DNA from: Promethearchaeota archaeon
Lineage (GTDB): Archaea; Asgardarchaeota; Lokiarchaeia; Sigyniarchaeales; SOKP01
NCBI GenBank assembly: GCA_019058245.1
Contig: JAHPZJ010000031.1
Location: 1-56,541 of the forward strand
Reading direction: 5' to 3'
Length of the DNA: 56,541 bases
The notes beneath the pieces are model-generated. The model searched no databases and was not told where the DNA came from. It saw nothing but the letters and a program-made list of their open reading frames with translations. Below, piece after piece: positions 46,314-56,541 of this stretch. Position 1 is the stretch's first letter. Every line of letters begins with the position of its first letter. The translations under genes were made by a program, and so were the position numbers.

Positions 46314-48533
46314 ATGAGTGTAATTGATGTTTTTATCACAATAATTCTAAATATTATCCCTATATTGATTTTGTGTATCCCCTATTTCTTCATTCGAAAA
46401 AAATTTATTGGAAAATTATATTTAAGAATATATTTAGGAATCTTAATTTTTTATGTCGTATATTGGTTTCTCCCTATTATTTTTCAAGCAGAAAATTCTC
46501 CTGAATATTTAGAAAATACTACAGAGACACAAGGTCTAGGTTTTTTAGCAGCGCACTTTGGTTCGCTTGTATCGCTTTTCGCTTTTTATCCATTAGTAAC
46601 CCTACCCTATATTTTTTTTGTGGCACCTTTCATTTCTATATTATATTTGTGGAATCGTTTAAGAAAAGAAGAGGGATCAACAAAATCAAACCTAAGCTAT
46701 GTAACTTATCAATTTACAGAAGGGCCTAAGAAATTAATACATAGGGGAATTTTAAAAAATAATTGGACAAGAGAAAAAGAAATCCTAAAACTATTAATAG
46801 TACTTCTCCCCATATCCCTTTACCTTCTACAAGTTATTTTATCTGTTTCAGGATTAGAGTCCGATCCTGCAATTACAGAAGAAAGTGCTTTAGGATGGTT
46901 TCTTGAGATTTTATTTGTTTACTTAGCGATATTTATCTTTAGTATTGAATTACTATTTAGTTCACAAGTTGCATTAAAAGGTAGATACATTGGAGAAGAT
47001 ATAAGATCGCAGACATATAAGAGTCTTTATACGGTTGGTGCCCCAATTTCAATATTATCTCTAATATTATTTATGATCCAATATACATCTTCTATACTTA
47101 TCATTATATACTTCTTTGCCTACTTTATTATGGCTTCAGTAATATTTATCTTATTTCTTAAAATCTTTGAACCAATATCCATACTAATTTTTATAAAAAT
47201 AATTGATTGGTGGAAAAATAGGAGTCAAAAAATAAAAAGCATAAATTACACAAATTTTTACTATGTAATAATTGCGGCTTTTGGTGCTATTGTTATATTT
47301 TTACTTCTAAATGTAGTATTTTTTCAACCATTATTTTCTATTGGCTTTCCAAATAGCAGCAACATTATTGATTCTGCAAAATTTATCCCTCCTGTGAATC
47401 CTACCTTAGATTCAGCAATTTCTTTTGATCTTATGATAATTTTTAATTTTATTGTTTTAGAATTACTTCCTATTATCATAATGGCAGGACTCTTAGCATT
47501 TATTATGAAATATATAAAATCTACGTTCTTAGGATTTGTTATGTATTTTCTTGTAATAATACTTTTTTCAGTTCTCTTTAGTCGTCTTGCAATGCCTACA
47601 TTAATTAATTTTGACCCAGAAGAATATTGGATTACAGGTCAGACTAGTTATACCATTATTTTTAATTTCAGGTTTTATACACTTCGAACTGCTGCGTTAA
47701 GTGCTTATTTAAAAGGAGTATTAGGGGTGTTAGCACTTCCTTATCTATATTCTAGATATGTCTTTAACATTATTATCTGGACTCTGATGTTATTTTATAG
47801 TAGAAAGTCATTTAAAACGAAAAATGTTCCTATTGATGAGAAGAACTTAGAAAAGATTGTTTTTTCAACACTTACAGATTTTTTTTCTATGGATGATTAT
47901 GAACGAGAAGAATCAAAATACTTAATATCAAGAAAAAAAGAATCATTTAGAAAACAATTTGAACAAGAACGAGAAGAAGTTAGAGATTTACTAAATATTC
48001 TTAAAGAGGATAAATTCTTGGATATACTTAAACCAGAAGATGAAAATGAGAAAAAACGGTTCTTCTTTACCCTCAAATATCTTTTTTTCAATGGTTTTAT
48101 CGATATATGGAAACCAGAATTTAAGTATACCTTTGAAAAAGTTGAAAAACAAGGACTTTACATCATATATGGAGATGGGAGAGGTGTTTTTAATTATGCT
48201 TTTCGAACTGAAGAAGTTCAAGATCCTGGTTTAGTTTCGGGAATGTTCTCTGCAATTACAGCATTTATTAAAGAAATGACCAAATCAACAGAAACCTTAA
48301 AAAAAATAGACCATGGAGATATTACCATACTTCTTGAATATGGAGACAAAATATTTGGAGCATTATTCATAAAAGGTACCCAAAGCTCAGAAATACGAGC
48401 CCCACTGAAGGATTTTGTTTATAAGTTTGAAGAGAAATATAAAAATATATTAAAAGATTGGACAGGAGCTCTCCATCATTTTGTATTAGAAGATGATAAT
48501 AAACTTGTAGAAAATATATTTAAAGAAGATTAA
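46314..48533 (+). CDS. Polytopic membrane protein with C-terminal longin-like domain
   Basis: Many TM helices followed by GLYIIYGDGR...DPGLVSGMFSAITAFIKE...IDHGDITILLEYG...FEEKY...W.G. Confidence 0.75.
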   Translation: MSVIDVFITIILNIIPILILCIPYFFIRKKFIGKLYLRIYLGILIFYVVYWFLPIIFQAENSPEYLENTTETQGLGFLAAHFGSLVSLFAFYPLVTLPYIFFVAPFISILYLWNRLRKEEGSTKSNLSYVTYQFTEGPKKLIHRGILKNNWTREKEILKLLIVLLPISLYLLQVILSVSGLESDPAITEESALGWFLEILFVYLAIFIFSIELLFSSQVALKGRYIGEDIRSQTYKSLYTVGAPISILSLILFMIQYTSSILIIIYFFAYFIMASVIFILFLKIFEPISILIFIKIIDWWKNRSQKIKSINYTNFYYVIIAAFGAIVIFLLLNVVFFQPLFSIGFPNSSNIIDSAKFIPPVNPTLDSAISFDLMIIFNFIVLELLPIIIMAGLLAFIMKYIKSTFLGFVMYFLVIILFSVLFSRLAMPTLINFDPEEYWITGQTSYTIIFNFRFYTLRTAALSAYLKGVLGVLALPYLYSRYVFNIIIWTLMLFYSRKSFKTKNVPIDEKNLEKIVFSTLTDFFSMDDYEREESKYLISRKKESFRKQFEQEREEVRDLLNILKEDKFLDILKPEDENEKKRFFFTLKYLFFNGFIDIWKPEFKYTFEKVEKQGLYIIYGDGRGVFNYAFRTEEVQDPGLVSGMFSAITAFIKEMTKSTETLKKIDHGDITILLEYGDKIFGALFIKGTQSSEIRAPLKDFVYKFEEKYKNILKDWTGALHHFVLEDDNKLVENIFKED

Positions 48534-48706
48534 AAATTATTTTTTAAAATTTTTTATTCAGAAATCCTCATCATTTATGACTTTTAGATATTTATCTGAA
48601 AATATAATTAATGAATTTTACTTAGTGAGTAAATAAGTATTTTATATAATAGTTCTTTATTATATTTTGAAGAAATTTTTAGACTAAATTAGGAAATGAA
48701 TAGGAC

Positions 48707-49393
48707 ATGATGGCTATTCTTAACATAATTAAAATAGTAACTGCAATAATTTCTGTTTCCTTATCTTTAATTGTGGGAACTAAAGTGTTGTCACTAAATC
48801 CAGATAATTTATTAAATAGATGGTTTGCTGCATTTTTTCTCGCTACTTCAGGAGGTTTTTCATTTTATACTATATACCATTTTATTCTTAATAATGCTAA
48901 GATTATTATTCCTCTAATGATAACTGCTCAGATTTTTTATAATTTTCTTTTTGTATCTTTAGTAATGACAGTATTTGTTTTAGAAAAATACAAAGAGATT
49001 GCGATGAGTTTCAAATATCTTGGATCAATGATTATAATTTTTCTTATCATGAGTGTTGGATATTTTATCTTTCTTCCTGAATTAGATGAGGACCTTTATG
49101 CAATAGGTATTGTTGATACAGATACTTTTTTGGGTTTGTTTATTTTTGTAAATAGTATCAGGATAGGATTAGCTGTTTATGTTGTATATAAATATGGTAT
49201 GATGGTAAAAAAAGTAGGAGAAGAAACTAAAAAGAGGGTACAATGGTTGTTTATAGGAATCTTCATAGTTATTATAGGGGTTATTCTTAATTTAATAGGG
49301 GGAATTTTCAAAGAAATTGGAATAGAAATTATTGCCTTGATTGCAATTGATATAGGAATAATAGCACTATTTAAAGGCTTTCTAATTAAATAA
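48707..49393 (+). CDS. Stand-alone 7TM (HisKA_7TM-like) membrane protein
   Basis: Seven hydrophobic segments, N..NRWFA.FF motif, no kinase domain. Confidence 0.6.
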   Translation: MMAILNIIKIVTAIISVSLSLIVGTKVLSLNPDNLLNRWFAAFFLATSGGFSFYTIYHFILNNAKIIIPLMITAQIFYNFLFVSLVMTVFVLEKYKEIAMSFKYLGSMIIIFLIMSVGYFIFLPELDEDLYAIGIVDTDTFLGLFIFVNSIRIGLAVYVVYKYGMMVKKVGEETKKRVQWLFIGIFIVIIGVILNLIGGIFKEIGIEIIALIAIDIGIIALFKGFLIK

Positions 49394-49482
49394 AAATGTC
49401 GTGGATTTTCTTGTTTCATTTATTTTATTAAAGAAATCTGGTTTTCTACTTTATAAACTTCTATGAATTTATGAGTTTATAA

Positions 49483-49941
49483 TTATCTGAAAATTGATTT
49501 AATACGATCTCCAATTTTTAATCTTAGATCTCCGAGGTTTTCATCAATTTGGGGTATAAAAGCTTTAAAATATTTTGGATTTTTCGAAAATATATCATCG
49601 AGAGAATATTTCTTAAGAAATTGAGTGATCATTTTTTCTAAATGATTTTGTACTAATTGACGATTTGTATTTCTTTCAATAATAGCAAATGATAATAAAG
49701 GTCTAGATTTACTTTCAGGAACACTTGGTATTTGAACCATTTTATAATGACAGATAATTTCAAAGTTCTGAAGAGATATAACATTAATTTCATCATCAAA
49801 AATATCAGTAATATAATCTTTCAAGCCCGCTAAAAATTTAGCTCGTATATTAGGATTTAATATCCTATCTGAAGATGAGTAATACCTAATATTAATCAAA
49901 TTTTTCATGCCAATGTTAATACCAACTTCTACAACAACCAT
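49483..49941 (-). CDS. Longin-like domain protein
   Basis: MVVxExG start and overall similarity to 29052-29513. Confidence 0.55.
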   Translation of the reverse strand: MVVVEVGINIGMKNLINIRYYSSSDRILNPNIRAKFLAGLKDYITDIFDDEINVISLQNFEIICHYKMVQIPSVPESKSRPLLSFAIIERNTNRQLVQNHLEKMITQFLKKYSLDDIFSKNPKYFKAFIPQIDENLGDLRLKIGDRIKSIFR

Positions 49942-50296
49942 TTTAGAAAAAGATCTTAAAGGTTTTTCGGTTAGTTTAGATAAATATTTTACTTTATTGT
50001 ATTAATTAATGACAAGATTATTTATATTAGTTTTTAAACCTTTAATTTTCTGAAAAGTATTATAGTTCCTTCTAAATCTTGAAAAGATTTTTATACAAAA
50101 TTTTTCTATTTTTTCTTACAGAAATACATTTTAATAGAATCCGTTTACTATTCAGATTTCTAAATGACCAATATGTAATGAAATTAGAAAATAAAATATA
50201 GATACGATACAATTAACTCGAAAAAGTAGAAGAATTTTAATTAAAACTAAATAAACTATAATTTGTGAATTTTAGAGTCTAATAGGTGTTACCTTC

Positions 50297-50788
50297 ATGA
50301 AATTACAAGACATTTTTAAAGAAGAAAATATCCAAAAATTAAAATTTTTAACATATATACTTAAAATGATATATGAAGGAGCCACAGGATTTGAATTAGC
50401 CTATGAAGTTGAAAAAAACCGAAAAATTAGAAATTTAATTCATGATGGAATTTTATTTTATAATACTTTCATAGAAATTGGCGATAAAAAATTCATAGAA
50501 GCCCCAGATAAAAAAATTGAAAACTATAAATCCTTCAAAACTGTTGAAGATACTGAAAAATATATTTTCATGTTGTGGTTGAATGACACAATCACTTCAC
50601 TTCAAAATGAATTATATCCTGAAGATAATTATACTGAATATTTTAAATCTAGAAAATCTAAAGAAGTAAAGGAAACAAAAAAAAGTCTGAGAGAAAACCT
50701 AAATTATTGTAAAAATTGTGGAGCACGTATTAAGAGTAAAGAACAGAGATTCTGTGAGAAATGTGGAGTAGATCTTAGTGAGATGTAA
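50297..50788 (+). CDS. Protein with C-terminal zinc ribbon
   Basis: CKNCG...CEKCG. Confidence 0.65.
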   Translation: MKLQDIFKEENIQKLKFLTYILKMIYEGATGFELAYEVEKNRKIRNLIHDGILFYNTFIEIGDKKFIEAPDKKIENYKSFKTVEDTEKYIFMLWLNDTITSLQNELYPEDNYTEYFKSRKSKEVKETKKSLRENLNYCKNCGARIKSKEQRFCEKCGVDLSEM

Positions 50789-50942
50789 TAAAGAACTAAG
50801 AAATAAAATATTGATAAGAATTCGCCATTTTTAAACCACTTCTAAATAGATTGTATAGGAATAAAATTTAGTATTGATACTTTTGGTTTAAGTGTTTAAC
50901 AAATTATATTACAGAATAAGAATTTTTGATTTTTAGAGGGAA

Positions 50943-52016
50943 TTACTTAAGATTTTTCCTTTTTCCCTCAATTACTGCTTTTCCCATCTCCCTTACTCTA
51001 TCAAAAGGTACCTCTCCATCTTCTCTCAATCGCATTTTTATTGCTTCTTCAGGGCAAGCTGTAGCGCACAGACCACATCCAAGACATTTATCTCTTGACA
51101 CTACAGCTATATCACTTAATTCTATCGCTCCAACAGGACAACGTTCAACACAAGTTCCACAATTAATACAAAGTTCTTCATCTATTATTGATTCAAACAT
51201 GGCATTCAGAAACCTATGTTTATCTAATCCTTTTTCAGTAATTCCTTTCATTGTTAGACAACAGCAAGGACAACAATTACAAATATTTGATAGGTGTTTG
51301 GAATTCGCTCCTGCATGTACACACCCCGCTTCGTCTGTTTCTTTGATGATTTTTAATGCTTCATGAGCAAATATTTTCCTTCCAATACCGGACTCAATAT
51401 AATATTCAGCAGCTACACCAAAACTAAGACAAGATTCAATAGGACGATCACATCCTTCTCCATTTAGTTTCGCTTCCTTACGGCATATGCAATCTGCTAC
51501 AGATATAACTCGTGCGTTTCTGATACTTTCCTCTAATTTATGATAAGGATAAAGAGTAGTATTGGATTCAATTTGTTCTTCCATAGGAATTACTTTAAAT
51601 CCGGGAACATTACTAATTCCCATTTCTTCTTGATAAGCTGTATCATAATATTCCTTATAATATTTGGCAAGTTCTTCATCTATTTTATTAACAGAATATT
51701 CATATATACCTATCATAAAAGGCGCAGCATTGTACATAATTTTGTTATTTCTTCGCAGTTTAAAAACCAAACCCTTTTTTGCCATCGAATCTAACTTACT
51801 TTCCAATTTACTAACATCCATTCCAGATCTTTGTGCAATTTCGCTTACCTCTTCAGGAACACGAGTTAATTTTATTGCTATTTTTGCCTCATCTTCAGTA
51901 AAGAGCTTTTTTAAAATTTTAATTTCAACACCAGATGGTGTTTCGGGGTAGCCTAAAGGGAATTGATTTAAAAATTCTCTTAACTTTAAATATACGTCAT
52001 CAGACATTATGATCAA
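50943..52016 (-). CDS. 4Fe-4S ferredoxin-domain protein with N-terminal HTH-like region
   Basis: CICR, ICNCCPCCC, CINCGTCVERCP, CLGCGLCATACP. Confidence 0.88.
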   Translation of the reverse strand: MIIMSDDVYLKLREFLNQFPLGYPETPSGVEIKILKKLFTEDEAKIAIKLTRVPEEVSEIAQRSGMDVSKLESKLDSMAKKGLVFKLRRNNKIMYNAAPFMIGIYEYSVNKIDEELAKYYKEYYDTAYQEEMGISNVPGFKVIPMEEQIESNTTLYPYHKLEESIRNARVISVADCICRKEAKLNGEGCDRPIESCLSFGVAAEYYIESGIGRKIFAHEALKIIKETDEAGCVHAGANSKHLSNICNCCPCCCLTMKGITEKGLDKHRFLNAMFESIIDEELCINCGTCVERCPVGAIELSDIAVVSRDKCLGCGLCATACPEEAIKMRLREDGEVPFDRVREMGKAVIEGKRKNLK

Positions 52017-52103
52017 TTAGCAGATAAACAGTTAAAAATTTGAATAATTTACCATTTTTGAATTTTTTCATGTATTTTATATTTACCATAAAATCATAAT
52101 ATT

Positions 52104-52748
52104 TCATAAAAAAAATGATAAACAGGTTGTAAAACCTAATAGAATTCCTGCTATTATCCCTCCAATTAGCAATGAAAGTGCCTTTTTGGGATTAAAGGGT
52201 ATCTTATTCACCATATACCATACAGCAATTACTAAATCTGTGATTGCGATAAATGACCCAAATGCCACCACATAATAAATAGTTTGTTCATGTGGGTAAA
52301 TTGATGCGCTTATATCCATGATTCTATTCATTGTAAAAGGATCAATAATTCCACTAAAATTAATAAAGTTAAAAATCAGTCTATCTGGTAATGGTTCTAA
52401 TACAAAAATTAAAGCCATTGTAAGCCAATTGAATAAAATTCCAAACGCTAAAGCAATATAAATCGACCCCAAAATGAGTCGTGGCCTTCTTAATTTATTA
52501 AAATCCTTTATTTCTTTTATTTCCTTTAATCCTTTATCACTAAGTTTCATTCTCTCTTTAAAATAGGTTCCACGTAATTTTATAAAAGTTAAGATTCCAA
52601 TCGCAAACATTATGAAAAATAAAATATATTTCATAAAGGTAAAGAAAATTACAGCAAATTCATTAAATGCGACACACCATGCCTCTAATCCATTGAAGAG
52701 GTCGCTAAAAGGATTATTAAGATATTTCTTTAAAGGAAGGTATATCAT
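52104..52748 (-). CDS. Membrane protein
   Basis: 4-5 hydrophobic segments; directly downstream of the HerA-like ATPase. Confidence 0.65.
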   Translation of the reverse strand: MIYLPLKKYLNNPFSDLFNGLEAWCVAFNEFAVIFFTFMKYILFFIMFAIGILTFIKLRGTYFKERMKLSDKGLKEIKEIKDFNKLRRPRLILGSIYIALAFGILFNWLTMALIFVLEPLPDRLIFNFINFSGIIDPFTMNRIMDISASIYPHEQTIYYVVAFGSFIAITDLVIAVWYMVNKIPFNPKKALSLLIGGIIAGILLGFTTCLSFFL

Positions 52749-52801
52749 CTATAATCTATTTTACCTCAAATATTTAAAGTCTACAAAGAAATTTATCATA
52801 T

Positions 52802-54598
52802 CTATTTGCGTTTTTGTTGCTTTACATATAACTCATCGAGATAATTCTTAAGATTCTCATATGCTTCCTCAGGATCAATAGAAGATTCTGATATATCATC
52901 ACTAACTTCATAATCACTGGAAAAATTGTCTAAATATTCCTTATCATTCAAATTCTTATTTGATTTAGCTTTATTTTTATTCATCTTACTATTCTTACCT
53001 CCATCTTTGATTTTTATTTTTCTTAAAAAACCAGTATATTTCTTTATAAAATTTCTAACATTGTGATTTTGGTTTTTATTTCTTTTTTCTATACTCTTAT
53101 TTTTTAACTGAACAAATTTTTCTAATATCCTCTCATTATTTTTATTAATTTCAGTAATCTTTAACCATTCACGTGGAATATGGGGGACTTTCAGTAGAAA
53201 TGGTCTCTCAATTGAATTCACACGAGCAATGCATTGCCCCTTCTTTAAGATCGATAAATAATCTTCATTTTCTACATCTAAATTCAATAGTTTGCATAAA
53301 AATTCTTTCTCTATATGGGTTTTAAAACATATTAAAACACCGCAATTAGCTAAAATCTCTTCACTAATGTCTGGATGAGTTGCTAATGATATTAAACACT
53401 CTCCTGTACCTCTCTGGAGTAAGGCAATATCTTCTAGATACGTGGTAAGCTTATTTTTTCGGGTAAGATCTTTTGGAGCAAAATATTGTGAATCTTCTAT
53501 TATAGTTATATGCTTTATTCCTTGAAAGTTATACGCTCCGCGAGTAAGATTTCGATCCCAGAGGTATTTTAAAATCATATTCAAAAAGAAAAGGGCATCT
53601 TCCTTTTCTCCTCCCAAACGGATAATTGAACTGAGATCTATCAAGATATTCCTGCTAAAAAGGGTTTCCGTTTTTATTTTATGCTCAGTATCAAATAACG
53701 CTTTTAGGGGTCCCAACGAAAATCTCCTTATTCGGTTGGTGATACTAATGATAGTTTGACTGAGCATAGGTATCTTATTTTTTTTATTCTGAGCATACCC
53801 TTTGCAATATTTATAAAATCCTTTCCAGCTCTGAAATTGATTGTTTTCACACACTTTTGTTAAGATATCTACTAGAACTTTCTCCATTTGTGGGCTATAT
53901 TCCTCTGTTGTGTCGAGGAACTTACCACTCTTCAATATATCAAATACCCGTTCAGCATGAACCTCTGGAAGAGAGTTTCCCGGATTAAAAATGTTAATTG
54001 AAAAATTCTCACCAGGGCGTACAATTAACAAATCTTCAATCTTTCTCTGGAGAAAATGATATTCTCCTTTGAATTCTACCAACATAAAGGGAATCTTATA
54101 TCTTCGTGTAAGATTGATTAAGAAATGCTGTAAGAAATTACTCTTACCTGTCCCTGTGGCTCCACAGATAAACATATGCTTCTCAAGGTCTTCGAGTGAT
54201 AGATAGAATGGACGTTTAGATCGCCCATTTTCGATGATAGTTCCCGTTTTAACCTTTCCCTTTCGAGATTGTAGAAACGAGGGCTTTTCCAGTTGTACAA
54301 GGTCTCTTCCAGTGTGATAAAAGGAACAAAAAAAGAGAGCCCCAGAAACCAATAGTGAAAAGAAATATACATTGCTCAAGAGTACTTTCACAGGAAAAAT
54401 AGCGGAATCTGGAGTATATACCAGATAGGGAAGAGAGGTAAAACTAAACAATAAAACTCCAGTTACCAATAAAAATATGATAAAAATCTTTAATAAAGAA
54501 AAGGAACTTCCATGCTTTTTCGCAAAGTAAAAAATACTACTGATACTTACTAAAACAACAATGAGAACCATACTTATTGAATCTAAAAGGATAGACAT
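52802..54598 (-). CDS. Membrane-anchored HerA/FtsK/VirD4-like ATPase (DUF87)
   Basis: Three N-terminal TM segments, HMFICGATGTGKS, EFKGEY, Walker B variant IIEDSQ, R..G...LATHP. Confidence 0.8.
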   Translation of the reverse strand: MSILLDSISMVLIVVLVSISSIFYFAKKHGSSFSLLKIFIIFLLVTGVLLFSFTSLPYLVYTPDSAIFPVKVLLSNVYFFSLLVSGALFFCSFYHTGRDLVQLEKPSFLQSRKGKVKTGTIIENGRSKRPFYLSLEDLEKHMFICGATGTGKSNFLQHFLINLTRRYKIPFMLVEFKGEYHFLQRKIEDLLIVRPGENFSINIFNPGNSLPEVHAERVFDILKSGKFLDTTEEYSPQMEKVLVDILTKVCENNQFQSWKGFYKYCKGYAQNKKNKIPMLSQTIISITNRIRRFSLGPLKALFDTEHKIKTETLFSRNILIDLSSIIRLGGEKEDALFFLNMILKYLWDRNLTRGAYNFQGIKHITIIEDSQYFAPKDLTRKNKLTTYLEDIALLQRGTGECLISLATHPDISEEILANCGVLICFKTHIEKEFLCKLLNLDVENEDYLSILKKGQCIARVNSIERPFLLKVPHIPREWLKITEINKNNERILEKFVQLKNKSIEKRNKNQNHNVRNFIKKYTGFLRKIKIKDGGKNSKMNKNKAKSNKNLNDKEYLDNFSSDYEVSDDISESSIDPEEAYENLKNYLDELYVKQQKRK

Positions 54599-54748
54599 TT
54601 GATTTTGTATTGGTCTAGGATCTTAAAAATAGCACGAAAAATTCTGATAAACCAATTTTTCTTGTCCTAATGAGAATATAATAAAAGAAGCAGAGTCGAT
54701 GTGTTACCGAAATTATTGGACTTTAAATACGAAAAATTTTTTAATATT

Positions 54749-55693
54749 TTATACTAAGCCTAAATCCCTTGAATAATCGAATTCTATTTTCACACCCTTT
54801 TGGTTCAGAAATGACAAGGCCTTAAAGGGGAGAGTACTTAACTTATTTCTCCAAAAACTTAGTTCTTTGAGAGAAAAGAGGTAGCTTATTGATTCTGGAA
54901 GAGTTTTTAACTTGTTATCATCTAAATAGAGTCTTTGAAGTGATTGAAGATTTCCTATTGATTCTGGGAGAATCTGTAACTTATTATTACGTAAATAAAG
55001 TCCTTGAAGCGATTGAAGGTTTCCTATTGATTCTGGGAGAATCTTTAACTTGTTATCACCCAAATAAAGTTTTTGAAGTGATTGAAGGGTTCCTATTGAT
55101 TCTGGAAGAGTTTCTAATTTATTATTATTTAAAATGAGTTCTTGAAGCGATTGGAGGTTTCCTATTGACTTCGGAAAAGTCGTTAACTGATTATAACTAA
55201 ACTTTGCACTTTTTAGTAAGGAAAGTTCACCTATAAACTCCGGGAGTGTTGTTAACTTATTCTTACGCAAATCAAGTTCTTGAAGCAATTTTAACTTAGT
55301 TATTGACTCTGGGAGAGTCGTGAGTTTATTCCTACCCAAATTAAGGAATATAAGAGATTTAAGGTTCGATATCGTCTCTGGGAGATTCGTTAACTTATTT
55401 CCTTCCAAAATCAGCTTTTTAAGAGAAGGAAGTTCACCTATAAACTCCGGAAGTGTTGTTAACTTATTCTTATGCAAATCAAGTTCTTGAAGCAATTTTA
55501 ATTTAGTTATTGACTCAGGGAGAGTAGGTATTCTATTCTTATATAGACCTAATCCAATGATATTACCATCTTCAATTTTAACTCCGTAAGTATTATATTT
55601 AAATCTTATTTCCGGAATGACCTTCCCAATAAGTAGCTCTAAATCCTTTAAAGCTTGAGCTTGTTCAGGCTTAACGTAGTATTCTTTACTCAT
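54749..55693 (-). CDS. Leucine-rich repeat protein
   Basis: About ten 23-aa repeats LPxSIGxLxxLxxLxLxxNKL. Confidence 0.93.
   Translation of the reverse strand: MSKEYYVKPEQAQALKDLELLIGKVIPEIRFKYNTYGVKIEDGNIIGLGLYKNRIPTLPESITKLKLLQELDLHKNKLTTLPEFIGELPSLKKLILEGNKLTNLPETISNLKSLIFLNLGRNKLTTLPESITKLKLLQELDLRKNKLTTLPEFIGELSLLKSAKFSYNQLTTFPKSIGNLQSLQELILNNNKLETLPESIGTLQSLQKLYLGDNKLKILPESIGNLQSLQGLYLRNNKLQILPESIGNLQSLQRLYLDDNKLKTLPESISYLFSLKELSFWRNKLSTLPFKALSFLNQKGVKIEFDYSRDLGLV
55224..55525. repeat. Near-identical ~95-bp direct duplication inside the LRR gene (207-bp spacing)
   Basis: 55224-55318 and 55431-55525 both encode [16 protein letters not shown](R/H)[14 protein letters not shown]. Confidence 0.85.
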
Positions 55694-55805
55694 ATTTTTT
55701 TCTCTTTAAAATGGGTGTTAACTTTGCTTTCATAAAAGTATAATTCTTAATTTCAAAAATGTTTAATAAATTAAAACTGCTATATTTTGAAATAGAAAAT
55801 ATAAT

Positions 55806-56228
55806 TTAATTACCGAGTTTTTTCAAAATGTAATTTCTTTTATTTTCTGGAATGCCCCAAAGAAATATTATATCCTGAGAATCACAGTTCATATTGAAAC
55901 ATAAATGATCCTTACCAAACCTTTTTTGATTAGGTGAGTGAATCTTGAGACTCTCAAATATATATACAAAATTGCGTATTTCATCCCCAAATAACCATGA
56001 ATGACATTTAGGACAAACTGCTCTAAGATTATCCTTTATCATATCATTCTCACGAGCAATAAATAACTGAAATTGTGGATTAATTGCTGAGTCTAACTCA
56101 GCATAAAATTTCTGAGAATATTTGATTGGAATTCTACAAAATACTGGTTTTTTTTTAGCTTTTTTTATAAAATCTTGTATTATCTTATCTACTTTTTTTT
56201 CCTTCTTTAAATCCAACATACTTTTCAT
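55806..56228 (-). CDS. Hypothetical protein with Cys motifs
   Basis: CPKC and CxxxxC; the frame is open a further 17 codons upstream to an ATT at 56279. Confidence 0.55.
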   Translation of the reverse strand: MKSMLDLKKEKKVDKIIQDFIKKAKKKPVFCRIPIKYSQKFYAELDSAINPQFQLFIARENDMIKDNLRAVCPKCHSWLFGDEIRNFVYIFESLKIHSPNQKRFGKDHLCFNMNCDSQDIIFLWGIPENKRNYILKKLGN

Positions 56229-56541
56229 CTGACAAAAATCTTGAACTTCTAATCTATTTTTAGATTCCTCTAATGTAATATTTCTCTTTTTTTTTTACAA
56301 TTGTTTTATTTATATGAAATATTAGATGGCTGAAATGTTTGAGGGATTGAATCTATTTTTTCTTTTAAATCATTCTAATCCTTCCTTTCTATAAAAATAC
56401 TTACCAGCTCTCCAAATCTACAAACAATAAATGAATTTAGATATATTCAATATTATATCTTCATTAATTAGATCTGTTCCTAGCTTTATACAATATTGAA
56501 AAAAATTAATAATTAATAAACTTATTTAAACTAAAATTATT

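Noticed and set aside
3402-55137. Shadow ORFs in the track (e.g. 3402-3608, 7226-7468, 7798-8067, 14584-14844, 23999-24235, 27957-28403, 37390-37848, 50926-51366, 54889-55137)
   Set aside because: Antisense or out-of-frame overlaps of confidently identified genes, with no recognisable motifs.
54880-55530. 69-bp periodic repeats as a possible CRISPR array
   Set aside because: They are in-frame LRR coding repeats with no unique spacers or cas genes.
56320-56500. Possible pseudogene fragment on the minus strand with in-frame stops
   Set aside because: Too short and has no recognisable homology by eye.

Overview
AT-rich chromosomal segment of an Asgard archaeon, most likely Lokiarchaeia/Promethearchaeota. 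The call rests on a Loki-type profilin, six Rab/Ras-like small GTPases without prenylation motifs, about five longin/uDENN-like proteins, two V4R proteins, archaeal TBP, CDC48, a PSTK-like kinase and tetraether synthase. Housekeeping genes include ileS, cysS, argS, agmatinase, deoxyhypusine synthase, acyP, pncC/cinA and an acyl-CoA ligase. No rRNA, tRNA, CRISPR array or transposase was seen. The strongest signal that the ORF track misses lies upstream of ileS. A 24-codon Ile-rich leader ORF (MNIVTKFLGFIRNSIMIISTIIII*, 10621->10547) has its own SD-like site, alternative RNA pairings and downstream U-tracts. ileS itself appears to start at a non-canonical ATT (Ile) codon. This looks like a leader-peptide attenuation system in an archaeon. 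The second strongest signal is a G+C-rich, ~120-nt multi-hairpin ncRNA candidate at 2488-2608. GTPase/V4R/thioredoxin operons are also notable. All functional calls come from motif recognition by eye; no database search was run.
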